From IMG/VR virus record IMGVR_UViG_3300027921_000163, positions 1-44,725 of that record: 44,725 bases of DNA. One strand, written 5' to 3'. A program made the position numbers and the translations under genes. The notes beneath the pieces are model-generated. The model searched no databases, was not told the origin of the DNA, and saw only the letters and a program-made list of their open reading frames with translations. Of the stretch, positions 7,741-16,669 are shown piece after piece. The first letter of the stretch is position 1. Each line of letters opens with the position of its first letter. This DNA comes from a virus (Duplodnaviria > Caudoviricetes).

Positions 7741-10709
7741 CACGCGCCCCGCGATAGTTCACGCAACGCGCTGGCCAGTTGCATCGCGGTGTCCCGCGAG
7801 GACTGGACGCTGTGTTGTCTGCCGCCGACGTGGAAGCGCAGATCGACCACGTCGCGGGTGGGGGCCGAAGACACATCGCCCATCGTCGTCTGCGCCACGG
7901 CATTGGCCACTGCGCCACCGGCGGCGAAGCGCGGAATGTTGGGGAGTGCGTGCGGCAGGAAGCCGGCGTTGAGCGCAGCGAAGAAACCCTCGCCGAACTT
8001 GCGCACCGAAGCCGCGCGCACCACGAATTCGCCATGCGACAGCAGCGCCGGCACCGAGTCCGAAGTTTCTGTTCCCGGCCCGAAGATGCGACCGGACATC
8101 CGTTTGAATCCCTCGGCGATGGCCTGGCCCCCTTCGGCGAACCGCTGGATCAGCCCGCCCTGGGCATTTGTGGCCACCTTCGTCACATAGATGGTGTGGC
8201 GGCTGCTGGTGGGACGCATCAGTTCCGCCATCGCCGCGCGGTACTGGCCGAGATCGGGCTGCGGCGTGTGGGTTGCCGATGTCGGGTTCGAGAGCACCGT
8301 GCGGGCATCCTGGGCGAACGACGCCAGTTGTGCCCGGGGCTGGTCGAATGACACAAGGGCCGGGATTTCCACCTTGGCCGCCGACAACGTGCCCTTCAAC
8401 TGCTCTATGTCTGCCATCACCTTCGTGGTGTCGGCCTCGACCTTGGCGACCAGGGTCAGATTGCCGGTGTCAGACTTCAACTTTTCCAGGGCGGCTTCGG
8501 CTTCTTTCGTGTCGGCCTGAATCTTGGCGATCAACTGCTGCGCCGCCATCAGTGCCTGCAACTTCTCGATGCCGGCCCGGGCACCCTCGATATCGACCTC
8601 GAGTTTCAGCTTGTCCTGGGACAGCAGTTGCTGGCGCAGTTTGCCGAGTTCGTCGGAGACGGAGGCCAGCGCGCGTTTGGCCTCATCGGCACCGGCACCT
8701 GCCGCTGACGCGGCTTGTTTGTGCGCATCGCCCAGTCCTTTCAGCGCCGCGTCGGCGATGCCGGCGGATTCCTTGATCTGGCCGATGGCGGTGGCGGCGG
8801 CTTGGCCCTCGGACACCATCGTCTGCGTGACCGTCTTGCCGTTCTGCTCCACCTGCTGGGTCACCGCCGAGGCCGAACGCTCGGCCAGGGCAATGGCTTC
8901 CTCGGCGAGCTTGCGTGCCTGCTCGTAGTTGCCGGCATCGAGCGCCGCCTTCGCCTGCGCCTGTTTCTCGTCGATCTGGCGCAGCCGGTCCTGGTAGGCG
9001 GCGTATTCGTCCATCCCCTTGCGCCCGAGTTCGCGGATGCGATCCTCGACCGAGAGCTTCAGGGCAAGCCTTGCTTCTTCGGCCGCCTTGGCTGCATTGA
9101 GATGCCGCTGCTCCTCGGCGATCAGCCGGTCGACGGTGGCGCGATAGGCCGATTCCAACTGAGCGTAGAGGGCGACGCGCGCCTCCACAGCCTGGCGTTC
9201 GATAGATGCCACATCCTGGCCTGCAGCCCGTGCCAGGGCGACGGCCTGGCCATAGGTGTTTTTCCAGGCGACTTCCATCTGGCCCGCACCGGCCTCGACC
9301 GCCGCGAGCTTTGCTTGCTCGGCGGCAAGGAGGTTCTGGGTCGTTGCACTGATCGCGGCCGACTCGGAACGGGCCGACGACTGCGCGGCCGCCTCCTGGC
9401 GTCTGTAGTTGCTCTCGACCTCGGCCACGCGCGCATCCCAAATCGCCTTGATGTCGGCGGCGACCTGTTTGTAACTGGTGGACAGTTGCTTGACCGTCTC
9501 GGCGGCTTTCTTGGTTTCCGCCTCCAATGCCTGACGGATGGCTTCCCCCGCATGGGTGGCCGCGCCCTGAATCGCGCGCAGGGCGTCGGCGGTACCGGGC
9601 AGCGCCGCCTTCAGTCGCTCGGCGGCCAGGGCAGCCAGTGCCATCTGGGTTTTGACACTCACGGTGCCAGTGGCAGCCAATTCTTGCATCGCAGCGTCGA
9701 GTTGATCGATCTGCGCTCGTTGCCGGCCCATCTCGTCGATGGCGCGATTGGTTTCGCGGATGTTCTGTACCGTCTTGACGAGCCCTTTGCCTATCTCCCA
9801 GACGGCTACGGCCGCCAAGATGGGCAGGAAACGGGTGAATGCGGCCTTGAGTAGGTTCACCGATTCCAGCAGTTTGGCTGCCGCCGCGACGCCTTTGACC
9901 GCCAGCACCGCCACCAGGACTTCGCCCAAGGTGCGCATCACGGCCAGTATCTCGTCGCCGTGGCTGGCCAGTCCCACAAGTGCGTCGGCCAGACGCTGCA
10001 AGGCGGGGAGTGCCGCTTCGGCCACACGTAGGGCAATGCCGGAGAGCGCCTGCTTGACCGTGTCGAGGGTGTCGTTGAATTTCTCGGCGGCGCGAGCCGT
10101 GTCGCCGCTGATTTCCAGGCCTAGTTCTTTGAACTTCTGCTTCAGTTCTTCGATGCCGGCACGGCCCTGGTTCAGGAACGGGATCAGTTCGACGCCGGCC
10201 TTACCGAAGATTTTGACGGCCAGCGCCGACTTCTCGGCCCCATCCGGCATGGCGGCGAAGGCGTCAGCCAGATCGAGCAGGACTGCCTCGGTCGGACGAA
10301 TTTGGCCGGCGGCATCCTTCACCGAAACGCCAAGGCGACTGAAGGTTTCAACCTGCTCCTTGGAACCACCCGCCGCCTCGACCATCGCGGTCGCCAGCTT
10401 TTGCATCCCCTTGGCCAGTCCTTCCAGCGAGATGCCGGATTGCTCGGCAATGGGCTGCAGCAGTGACAGCGACTCGACTGAGATACCGGTCTTCTGCGAC
10501 AGCTTGGAGAGGTCGTCGGCGGTATCGAGTGCGGCCTTGCCGGCGGCCATCAGTCCAGCGACAGACAGCGCCGCGCCCAACCCGGCCAGCACGCCGTTGA
10601 CCGATTTGGCTGCGGTGGTGATCCCCTCCAGGCCGCTCTTGACCGAGGCGAACGCCTGCTTGGTCTGGTCGATGGCAGCAATCAGGATCTGGGCGCGTTC
10701 AGAGGCCAT
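7740..10709 (-). CDS. Tail tape measure protein
   Basis: 989-aa Ala-rich helical protein; LSKLSQKTGISVESLS; C-terminal GPGTETSDSVPALLSHGEFVV motif. Confidence 0.93.
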   Translation of the reverse strand: MASERAQILIAAIDQTKQAFASVKSGLEGITTAAKSVNGVLAGLGAALSVAGLMAAGKAALDTADDLSKLSQKTGISVESLSLLQPIAEQSGISLEGLAKGMQKLATAMVEAAGGSKEQVETFSRLGVSVKDAAGQIRPTEAVLLDLADAFAAMPDGAEKSALAVKIFGKAGVELIPFLNQGRAGIEELKQKFKELGLEISGDTARAAEKFNDTLDTVKQALSGIALRVAEAALPALQRLADALVGLASHGDEILAVMRTLGEVLVAVLAVKGVAAAAKLLESVNLLKAAFTRFLPILAAVAVWEIGKGLVKTVQNIRETNRAIDEMGRQRAQIDQLDAAMQELAATGTVSVKTQMALAALAAERLKAALPGTADALRAIQGAATHAGEAIRQALEAETKKAAETVKQLSTSYKQVAADIKAIWDARVAEVESNYRRQEAAAQSSARSESAAISATTQNLLAAEQAKLAAVEAGAGQMEVAWKNTYGQAVALARAAGQDVASIERQAVEARVALYAQLESAYRATVDRLIAEEQRHLNAAKAAEEARLALKLSVEDRIRELGRKGMDEYAAYQDRLRQIDEKQAQAKAALDAGNYEQARKLAEEAIALAERSASAVTQQVEQNGKTVTQTMVSEGQAAATAIGQIKESAGIADAALKGLGDAHKQAASAAGAGADEAKRALASVSDELGKLRQQLLSQDKLKLEVDIEGARAGIEKLQALMAAQQLIAKIQADTKEAEAALEKLKSDTGNLTLVAKVEADTTKVMADIEQLKGTLSAAKVEIPALVSFDQPRAQLASFAQDARTVLSNPTSATHTPQPDLGQYRAAMAELMRPTSSRHTIYVTKVATNAQGGLIQRFAEGGQAIAEGFKRMSGRIFGPGTETSDSVPALLSHGEFVVRAASVRKFGEGFFAALNAGFLPHALPNIPRFAAGGAVANAVAQTTMGDVSSAPTRDVVDLRFHVGGRQHSVQSSRDTAMQLASALRELSRGA

Positions 10710-10715
10710 GCCGGT

Positions 10716-11378
10716 TCAAAGACCTTTTGCAGTCAGTTGTTGCAGGATGTTGGTTGCCAACTTGGGCAGTTGCGCGCGCACGATGCCGGCCAGGTCGAAG
10801 CGGCCGCGCAGGGTGACGCTCGGCACCAGCACGGCAATCGGGATTTCCTGGCCGCGCTTGATGGTTTTCGCACCGGTGCGGCCCCGTTCGGCGCGCTTGA
10901 AGCGGCGCAGTTCGGACGTGTTGTCCTTGATGTTCTCGGCCATCAGGATGACCTTGCCGTGCCGCTCGATGAAGAAGGCATTGCCGGCGCGCATCAGTCC
11001 GTCGATCACGCGCTTGAAGGCGCGGCGGCCAATGCGCTGGTGCTCGGGCAACAGCGGGATCAGCAGCTTGCCGCGCTTGCCGGTGAGGGTGCCGCCCTTC
11101 ATGTGCAGGCCCAGCCAGGCAATCTTCGAGCCGATGAGCAGCGCCGGAAAGCGTTCCGGGCTGCCGGCATAGACCTTGGATCGCATCGACTTGAGGAAAC
11201 CGCCCTTTCTTACCTTGAACGCGGACTGCATCCGGCTGCGCGCGGCGTCGGCCATTTCGCGGCCGACAGTTTTCATGGCGGTTTCGATCGCTTTGCGAAT
11301 CGCCCGGCGCTTCTCCGGCACCCAGCTATCGAGCCGCTTCGGGTCGAGCAGGCCGGAGGTGGTCAGTGAAAGCTTCAT
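10716..11378 (-). CDS. DUF6441-like basic virion morphogenesis protein
   Basis: Very basic; EIPIAVLVPSVTLRGRFDL C-terminus; tail cluster. Confidence 0.6.
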   Translation of the reverse strand: MKLSLTTSGLLDPKRLDSWVPEKRRAIRKAIETAMKTVGREMADAARSRMQSAFKVRKGGFLKSMRSKVYAGSPERFPALLIGSKIAWLGLHMKGGTLTGKRGKLLIPLLPEHQRIGRRAFKRVIDGLMRAGNAFFIERHGKVILMAENIKDNTSELRRFKRAERGRTGAKTIKRGQEIPIAVLVPSVTLRGRFDLAGIVRAQLPKLATNILQQLTAKGL

Positions 11379-11641
11379 GGCTTGAGTTCACGCAGGAGAG
11401 ATTTGATCTCAGCAGGGCCACCGCGCTGCGCGGTCACCAGCAGTGCGAACTGGGCGGCGAGTGCCAGGCGCTCATTACGTTCGATGGCTTCGATGAACGT
11501 GCGCACCTGGGCCACCGTGTAGTTCAGGACTTCGGGGTAGCGGTGGCCGTGCCCGACGAGGCGTTGGAGAAGCGCGCCCCAATCGTCTCCACCCGACTCG
11601 CCACCCGCGCGAGCACCGGGGCCAGGCGCTGGATAAAAAAA
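11375..11641 (-). CDS. -1 frameshift extension of the tail chaperone (gpGT-like C-terminus)
   Basis: T TTT TTT heptamer at 11635-11641; -1 frame is open to 11375 (WGALLQRLVGHGH...YTVAQVRTF) with no own start/RBS evident. Confidence 0.75.
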   Translation of the reverse strand, partial: FFYPAPGPGARAGGESGGDDWGALLQRLVGHGHRYPEVLNYTVAQVRTFIEAIERNERLALAAQFALLVTAQRGGPAEIKSLLRELKP

Positions 11642-11931
11642 TCGGCGTTCACTTCGAACACCGCCTCGCTCAAACGAATCGCCTCGTCCAGTTCCCGCGC
11701 CGCCACCCACTCGCGCGGCTTGCGGATGGCCACCGCCAGGGCGGAAACCAGATCCTCGCCGCGCTCGCCAAACAGGGCGAGCCAGTCCACTTCTCCGCTC
11801 AGATGCTGGGCGAAGGGGCGGATGGCGCGAATGAAGGTCGGCAACTCGCCCACTTTCAAGGGGGTGATGGCCAACGTCTCGCCGGCAATCTCGACGACAA
11901 CCGGCTCGGGTACAAAGATTTCCAGGCTCAT
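11524..11931 (-). CDS. Tail assembly chaperone (gpG-like)
   Basis: Directly after major tail protein; GAGGG RBS before ATG 11931; EVNADFF slippery region. Confidence 0.8.
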   Translation of the reverse strand: MSLEIFVPEPVVVEIAGETLAITPLKVGELPTFIRAIRPFAQHLSGEVDWLALFGERGEDLVSALAVAIRKPREWVAARELDEAIRLSEAVFEVNADFFIQRLAPVLARVASRVETIGARFSNASSGTATATPKS

Positions 11932-11945
11932 GACGCTTACCCTCA

Positions 11946-12701
11946 TCAACCGATCTGCACGATGCGGCCGAACTGGCCGAGCACCGCGTCGTAGGGTTTC
12001 GAGGCATCCGCCAGCAGCGAACCCTCCAGTTCGAACTTGTTGTAGTCGTTGGAGATCAGCGCCAACTCCTTCAGCGGGTCGAACGCCACCCGATACAGTT
12101 CGACCAGCACCCGGGCATTGCCCGCCGCCGTGTTCACGCCTTCGAGGCGCAGGAAGCGTTCGGGCAGCGGCTGGGTGAAGAGGCCGATCTCGGTCACCAC
12201 GCCGAAGGCGTAGCTGGCCTTGAAGGGGGCGGTCAGACCGGTGATGTCCAGAAACTGGACGGCACCGAAATCAGTGTCTGCCGTGTAATGCGTGCCCAGA
12301 GTCAGGGTCGCAGGCGTGGCCGCGCTGTCCTGCACCACCAGCGTGGAGACCTTGGGGTGCGCCAGGAAGTAGCGGTCGCCAATCACCGGCGCGGCCCCGC
12401 CGATGGGTTCGTCGGTAACCGTGCCGGTACTACCGATGACGGAAGTACCGTAGAGGGCCAGGGCGAGGTTTTCTGGGGTGAATTCCTCGATGGTCAGGTT
12501 CACGCTGGCCGACTTGGACTTCACCATGCGGTGATCGAGCGAACGCTGGCCGGACTGCGACTCGTAGTGCTCCAGCACCTCAGTCTTGAGGGCGAGTTTC
12601 AGTTCCGCCACGTTGCCGGGCGAACGGACTTCGACCGGATTTCCGGCGACGTCGCGCTTGCCCAGATAGACGCGGCCCTGGAAGGATGCATAGGTACTCA
12701 T
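11946..12701 (-). CDS. Major tail tube protein
   Basis: MSTYASFQGRVYLGKR...GNVAELKL; 251 aa; GAGGAG RBS; position before chaperone. Confidence 0.85.
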   Translation of the reverse strand: MSTYASFQGRVYLGKRDVAGNPVEVRSPGNVAELKLALKTEVLEHYESQSGQRSLDHRMVKSKSASVNLTIEEFTPENLALALYGTSVIGSTGTVTDEPIGGAAPVIGDRYFLAHPKVSTLVVQDSAATPATLTLGTHYTADTDFGAVQFLDITGLTAPFKASYAFGVVTEIGLFTQPLPERFLRLEGVNTAAGNARVLVELYRVAFDPLKELALISNDYNKFELEGSLLADASKPYDAVLGQFGRIVQIG

Positions 12702-12931
12702 GAAGCGGTCTCCTCGGATGGATTGGTTGGGGTAATAGGCGGTGGCGTGTGGACGGATGACGTCCGTCGTCGGGCGTGCGGTGGTCTGTCCGGATCGCTG
12801 ACCAGGACCGGACGCGCCACACCAACTTCCACCAGCCAACGAGCCAGCGCCGTGTCGAGTTCGATTCGCTCGCGCGGCAGGTATTGCTGGCCGGCGTGGG
12901 TGTGGGGTTTCAGAAGTTCAACGACGGGCAT
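12698..12931 (-). CDS. DUF7210-like small phage protein
   Basis: VELLKPHTHAG...ARWLVEVGVA pattern. Confidence 0.6.
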   Translation of the reverse strand: MPVVELLKPHTHAGQQYLPRERIELDTALARWLVEVGVARPVLVSDPDRPPHARRRTSSVHTPPPITPTNPSEETAS

Positions 12932-12934
12932 GGC

Positions 12935-13375
12935 TCATCCCTGGCTGGCGAGGTCATGCGCCAAGGTGCGATAGGTGATCTGGTAGCGGGCGGGGATCAG
13001 GGCCGCCGTGGCATCGGCGTCCTCCACATCCCACTCGCAGTCCAGTTCCTTGATGCCGAGGGCGAGGCCGCCGAGATTGGCGTCGGCGAACAGCGCCGTA
13101 TGCGCCGCCACCAACAACTGGTCGGCGATGTCCTCGGGTGCCGCGCCGACCTGCTCCCGCGCCAGGGCGTCGATACGCACCACCAACTGCCGCACGACCC
13201 GGTCGTTGGACCGTTCGACGATGCTGTCCGACTCGGGAAACACCAGCAGCGCCGGGGACTGCTCACGCGTGATGCCGGTGGCCGGCGAGCGGTGAAAGGT
13301 CGCGCCCAGAGACTCGGCGACAGGCAATAGCAGGCCCGCCACCGCTTGCAGGCAGCGTTCACGGATGGAATTCAA
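12935..13375 (-). CDS. Tail terminator / completion protein
   Basis: SIRERCL...PALLVFPESD...YQITYRT; GGAGG RBS with TTG start; position. Confidence 0.7.
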   Translation of the reverse strand: MNSIRERCLQAVAGLLLPVAESLGATFHRSPATGITREQSPALLVFPESDSIVERSNDRVVRQLVVRIDALAREQVGAAPEDIADQLLVAAHTALFADANLGGLALGIKELDCEWDVEDADATAALIPARYQITYRTLAHDLASQG

Positions 13376-13384
13376 GGAAGCCTC

Positions 13385-13684
13385 CTACAGGCGGGTCAGC
13401 GTGGCGCGGTGCTCGGATCCATCACCCACCCCCCGTACCTCGCGCACCCGATAGACCTCGACGCCGATTTCCACCGTGTCGCCCTGTTTGATGCCGACAA
13501 GGCGGCTCGCCGGGAAGCGCATGGCATAGTCGGTGGACATCCCGATTCCATCAAGGATGGAGGCGTCGGGCGCACGAAACTCCACCCAGGTCGCCATCAC
13601 CGGCCCCAGGTCGGGGATCCAGATGGCTTCCTGAAGCAGGCCCGACCGGGCCGCCGCGTCATACAGGGATTCGATGGCTATCAT
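13385..13684 (-). CDS. Head-tail joining (stopper, gpFII-like) protein
   Basis: Beta-rich 99 aa, GDTVEIG..YRVREV..DG pattern; position after capsid. Confidence 0.7.
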   Translation of the reverse strand: MIAIESLYDAAARSGLLQEAIWIPDLGPVMATWVEFRAPDASILDGIGMSTDYAMRFPASRLVGIKQGDTVEIGVEVYRVREVRGVGDGSEHRATLTRL

Positions 13685-13722
13685 GGCGCTCAGTTTTGAA
13701 AGTTGCGGGATGGATCAGAGAC

Positions 13723-14025
13723 ATGAAGAAAGCGAAGACGGCGGCGGACGCATTGGCACTGGAGGCCATCCCCAACATCGGCCCGGCGGTTGCCGGATAC
13801 CTGCGCGAGGTTGGCATCCACCAGCCGGTGGACCTTGTGGGGCAAGACCCCTACGTCCTGTTTCAGCAGTTGTGCGGGCAGAACGGGGTCAACTACGACC
13901 CGTGCCTGCTCGACACCTTCATCGCCGCCACCCGTTTCATGGCTGGCGATCCTCCGCAGCCCTGGTACCGCTACACCAAGGAACGACAGAAGGCGCTCCA
14001 GGCCACCGCGCTCAAGACATCGTGA
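13723..14025 (+). CDS. Cdd1 / mitomycin-resistance McrB-like helix-hairpin-helix protein (moron)
   Basis: LEAIPNIGPAVA HhH, DLVGQDPY, DPCLLDTF, PWYRYT motifs; antisense to the head operon. Confidence 0.8.
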   Translation: MKKAKTAADALALEAIPNIGPAVAGYLREVGIHQPVDLVGQDPYVLFQQLCGQNGVNYDPCLLDTFIAATRFMAGDPPQPWYRYTKERQKALQATALKTS

Positions 14026-15028
14026 GTTTCACCAGCACCCCTGGCCGATGGCACATCGGCAACGGGTTCGACTGGGTGTGCAGGTCCGTGCCGCGATCAA
14101 ACTTGCGCGGTTCCTGCTTGGCGTAGAGCGGCTGACCGAGGGTGTTGACCGTTTCGTTGAAGTCCGCCGGGGCGACATAGGTGCCGAAGGTGTCGATCGT
14201 GCCCAGGGGGAAGGCATGCGCCTCGCCGGCGGCGATGAAGCGACGCACCGTGCCGTTGGCATCGACTGCCTTGCCGCGATATTCCTCGAAGGTGACTCCA
14301 CCGAAGGTGAAACCCGAGCGCACGTCGTTGATCAGCATCGCGCCCTGCTGCCAGTTGGCGTAGGCGGTCTTGACGTTGTCGTGGGCGGTGAGCTTCTGGA
14401 AGAACTCCTGGGAGCACAGTACATGCACGCCGGTCATGAATTCGCCGGACAAAGCTTCCTCGACGGTGGCGGTGACTTCGGTACAGGTGCCCCGTACATC
14501 GAATTTGTTGTTCGCCGTCACGATCTCGAAGTTCACCGCCTGCTGCCCGATGCCAAATTCGGTAAAGAGGTTGTAGATCGTGCTGCCGTCGGCATCGAGA
14601 ATCTGGCCCTTGAGCGCACCCATGCGCAGGTGTTCAAGCGTGATCGCATGCTTGTTGCGCATCGTCTCCAGGTGCCGCGCCATGACGCCGGCCACGGCCT
14701 CCATTTCCGTCTCCGAGCCGAAGGCGCGGATGCCCTGCACCTCCTCGGGCAAGACCACGTCGTCGTGCGGAATGTGGGGAACGATGAAGGAACGCAGGGA
14801 ACGACTTCCTCGCTCACCCACCGTGCCGGGCGAACCGGGCGGCTTGGTCTGCAGCAGGTTGAGCCGCCCCGCGTACTGCTCCACCACGATCTGGCGGGTG
14901 CGCACGGGTTTCACCGGAAAGAGGTTGAGCTGTTCCAGCCGCCCGTAGCGGTTGGGCAGGATGTTGATGGCGGCGGTCAGCGCGGCCATCGAGAAGCCGG
15001 GGCTGTGAAACGGGTTGTTCATCGGCAT
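14012..15028 (-). CDS. Major capsid protein (lambda gpE family)
   Basis: LTAAINILPNRYGRLEQLNLF...HTQSNPLPMCHRP; follows decoration protein. Confidence 0.92.
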   Translation of the reverse strand: MPMNNPFHSPGFSMAALTAAINILPNRYGRLEQLNLFPVKPVRTRQIVVEQYAGRLNLLQTKPPGSPGTVGERGSRSLRSFIVPHIPHDDVVLPEEVQGIRAFGSETEMEAVAGVMARHLETMRNKHAITLEHLRMGALKGQILDADGSTIYNLFTEFGIGQQAVNFEIVTANNKFDVRGTCTEVTATVEEALSGEFMTGVHVLCSQEFFQKLTAHDNVKTAYANWQQGAMLINDVRSGFTFGGVTFEEYRGKAVDANGTVRRFIAAGEAHAFPLGTIDTFGTYVAPADFNETVNTLGQPLYAKQEPRKFDRGTDLHTQSNPLPMCHRPGVLVKLTMS

Positions 15029-15038
15029 GGTGATCTCC

Positions 15039-15416
15039 TTAAGCGGATTGACGAACCAGGACGCCCAGGCTCTTCAGGTTGGCGATGGCCGAGGCCTTCT
15101 CGCTGGGGGTGACGCCGACAGGCCAGACCAGGGCGTGTTCGGCGACGATGGCGTGACGAGCGACCAGCAAGCCGTCCTCCCGGTCGATCAGGCTCGCGTC
15201 GCAATCGGCGAGCATCACGCCGGCCGGAACCTGGGTGCCGTCGGCAGCCGAAGGATCGAAGCGCTTGATCTTGCCGCTGGCCGTCACGATGGCGACGATC
15301 GCGCCCAGCTCGAGGTTCTGTCCGGCGGCCACGCTGACGCGGTCGCGGGAATAGAGATTCGGCGCCTCGTACTTCAGGAGGTCGCCCAGGTTGTTGGCTT
15401 GGGTGATGGCGGGCAT
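15039..15416 (-). CDS. Head decoration protein (gpD-like)
   Basis: LGDLLKYE...SRDRV...DGTQVPAGV; between protease and capsid. Confidence 0.85.
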   Translation of the reverse strand: MPAITQANNLGDLLKYEAPNLYSRDRVSVAAGQNLELGAIVAIVTASGKIKRFDPSAADGTQVPAGVMLADCDASLIDREDGLLVARHAIVAEHALVWPVGVTPSEKASAIANLKSLGVLVRQSA

Positions 15417-15419
15417 GAC

Positions 15420-16667
15420 TTATTCCTTTCCGGTGAGTTTCTTGACCGCTTTCATCAGCGGGTTGTGTTCGGGATGCTGCTCAGGGGCTTGCGCATCGGG
15501 ATGGATGAGCGAGGTGATCTCGGTGCTGTCGGCACGGGCGGCGAGCAGTGCGCGGCGCACTTGGGCTTCGCTGGCCCCTTCGGCCAGGAAGGTGGCCGTG
15601 CGCCCGGGGTGGCCGGCGAGTTGGCACAGTTCGGCGATAGCCAGCGCATCGGCGCGCGTGGCGGCACGGGCGGCCACGACCGCCGACTCGACTGCGTCTT
15701 CCTGGGACGGAAGATCAGCGGGGCCCGCGGGTTCAGTATGGGATTGGGTTTCCGGGTTTTGCATGAGAACGGTCTCCTGTGATGGATGGGATGAAACGGA
15801 CAACGAGCGGGGGGATGCCGGGGGCGAACGCACACGCGAACGGCGTGTCGTGAGGAAGGCAGAGAACTCGGTCAGCACCGCACCCATGCTCGCCTCGCCA
15901 TCGACGAGTCCTGCCGCGATGGCCTCCGGGCCGAAGAACAGCCCAGCTTCGGTGGCGCGTACCGTGTCGGCGTCGAGGCCGCGCATGGCGGCGACATGGG
16001 CGATGAAGATTCCGTAGAGGCGATCGACCTCAGCTTGCAACCTGGCGGCTGCCTCGTTCGAGAGTTTGTCGTGGGGCGAGAAGTCGTTCTTCCTCGCCCC
16101 GGCGGTGATCGCCGTGTAGCGGAATCCTTCCTGCGCATCCCGTACCGATTGATCGACGTGCATGGCGATGACGCCGACCGAGCCGACGCCGCCGGTTCGG
16201 GTGACCACGATCCGCGATGCGGAGCAGGCGATGGCATAGGCCGCCGAGAAGGCCGAGTCGGATGCGATGGCCCAGATCGGTTTCACCGCATCGGCGGAGC
16301 GAATGCGCTCGGCCAGTTCGAATACGCCGCCAGCTTCGCCGCCGGGCGAATCGACGTCGAGCAGGATGCCGGTCACAGCCGGGTCGCCCAGGGCGGCTTC
16401 CACCATCGCCCCGATCTCGCCGTAGGACGTCAGTCCAGAAGCGGCTTCGAGGCCGATAGATCGGCGCACCAGGGTGCCGTGGATGGGGATGACCGCGATG
16501 CCCAGCGGTGCGTCGGGTTGCACGCGGGGAGGTGGGATCGGCAAGGCCGACTGCGGTTCCGGCCAGCCGATACGGTCGCCCAGTGCGGCCAGGATGATCT
16601 CCAGCTTGGAACGGGCGACAAGAAGCGGCGTCCCGTAGAGCCGGGACGCCAGATGCGGTAGCAGCAT
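15420..16667 (-). CDS. S49 prohead protease with C-terminal scaffold (gpC/Nu3-like)
   Basis: LDVDSPGGE, AFSAAYAIA, GSVGV motifs. Confidence 0.93.
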   Translation of the reverse strand: MLLPHLASRLYGTPLLVARSKLEIILAALGDRIGWPEPQSALPIPPPRVQPDAPLGIAVIPIHGTLVRRSIGLEAASGLTSYGEIGAMVEAALGDPAVTGILLDVDSPGGEAGGVFELAERIRSADAVKPIWAIASDSAFSAAYAIACSASRIVVTRTGGVGSVGVIAMHVDQSVRDAQEGFRYTAITAGARKNDFSPHDKLSNEAAARLQAEVDRLYGIFIAHVAAMRGLDADTVRATEAGLFFGPEAIAAGLVDGEASMGAVLTEFSAFLTTRRSRVRSPPASPRSLSVSSHPSQETVLMQNPETQSHTEPAGPADLPSQEDAVESAVVAARAATRADALAIAELCQLAGHPGRTATFLAEGASEAQVRRALLAARADSTEITSLIHPDAQAPEQHPEHNPLMKAVKKLTGKE

Positions 16668-16669
16668 AG

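Noticed and set aside
9739-15112. Long plus-strand ORFs such as 9739-11172 and 13790-15112 (also 43023-44093 minus)
   Set aside because: Antisense shadows of well-supported genes in high-GC DNA
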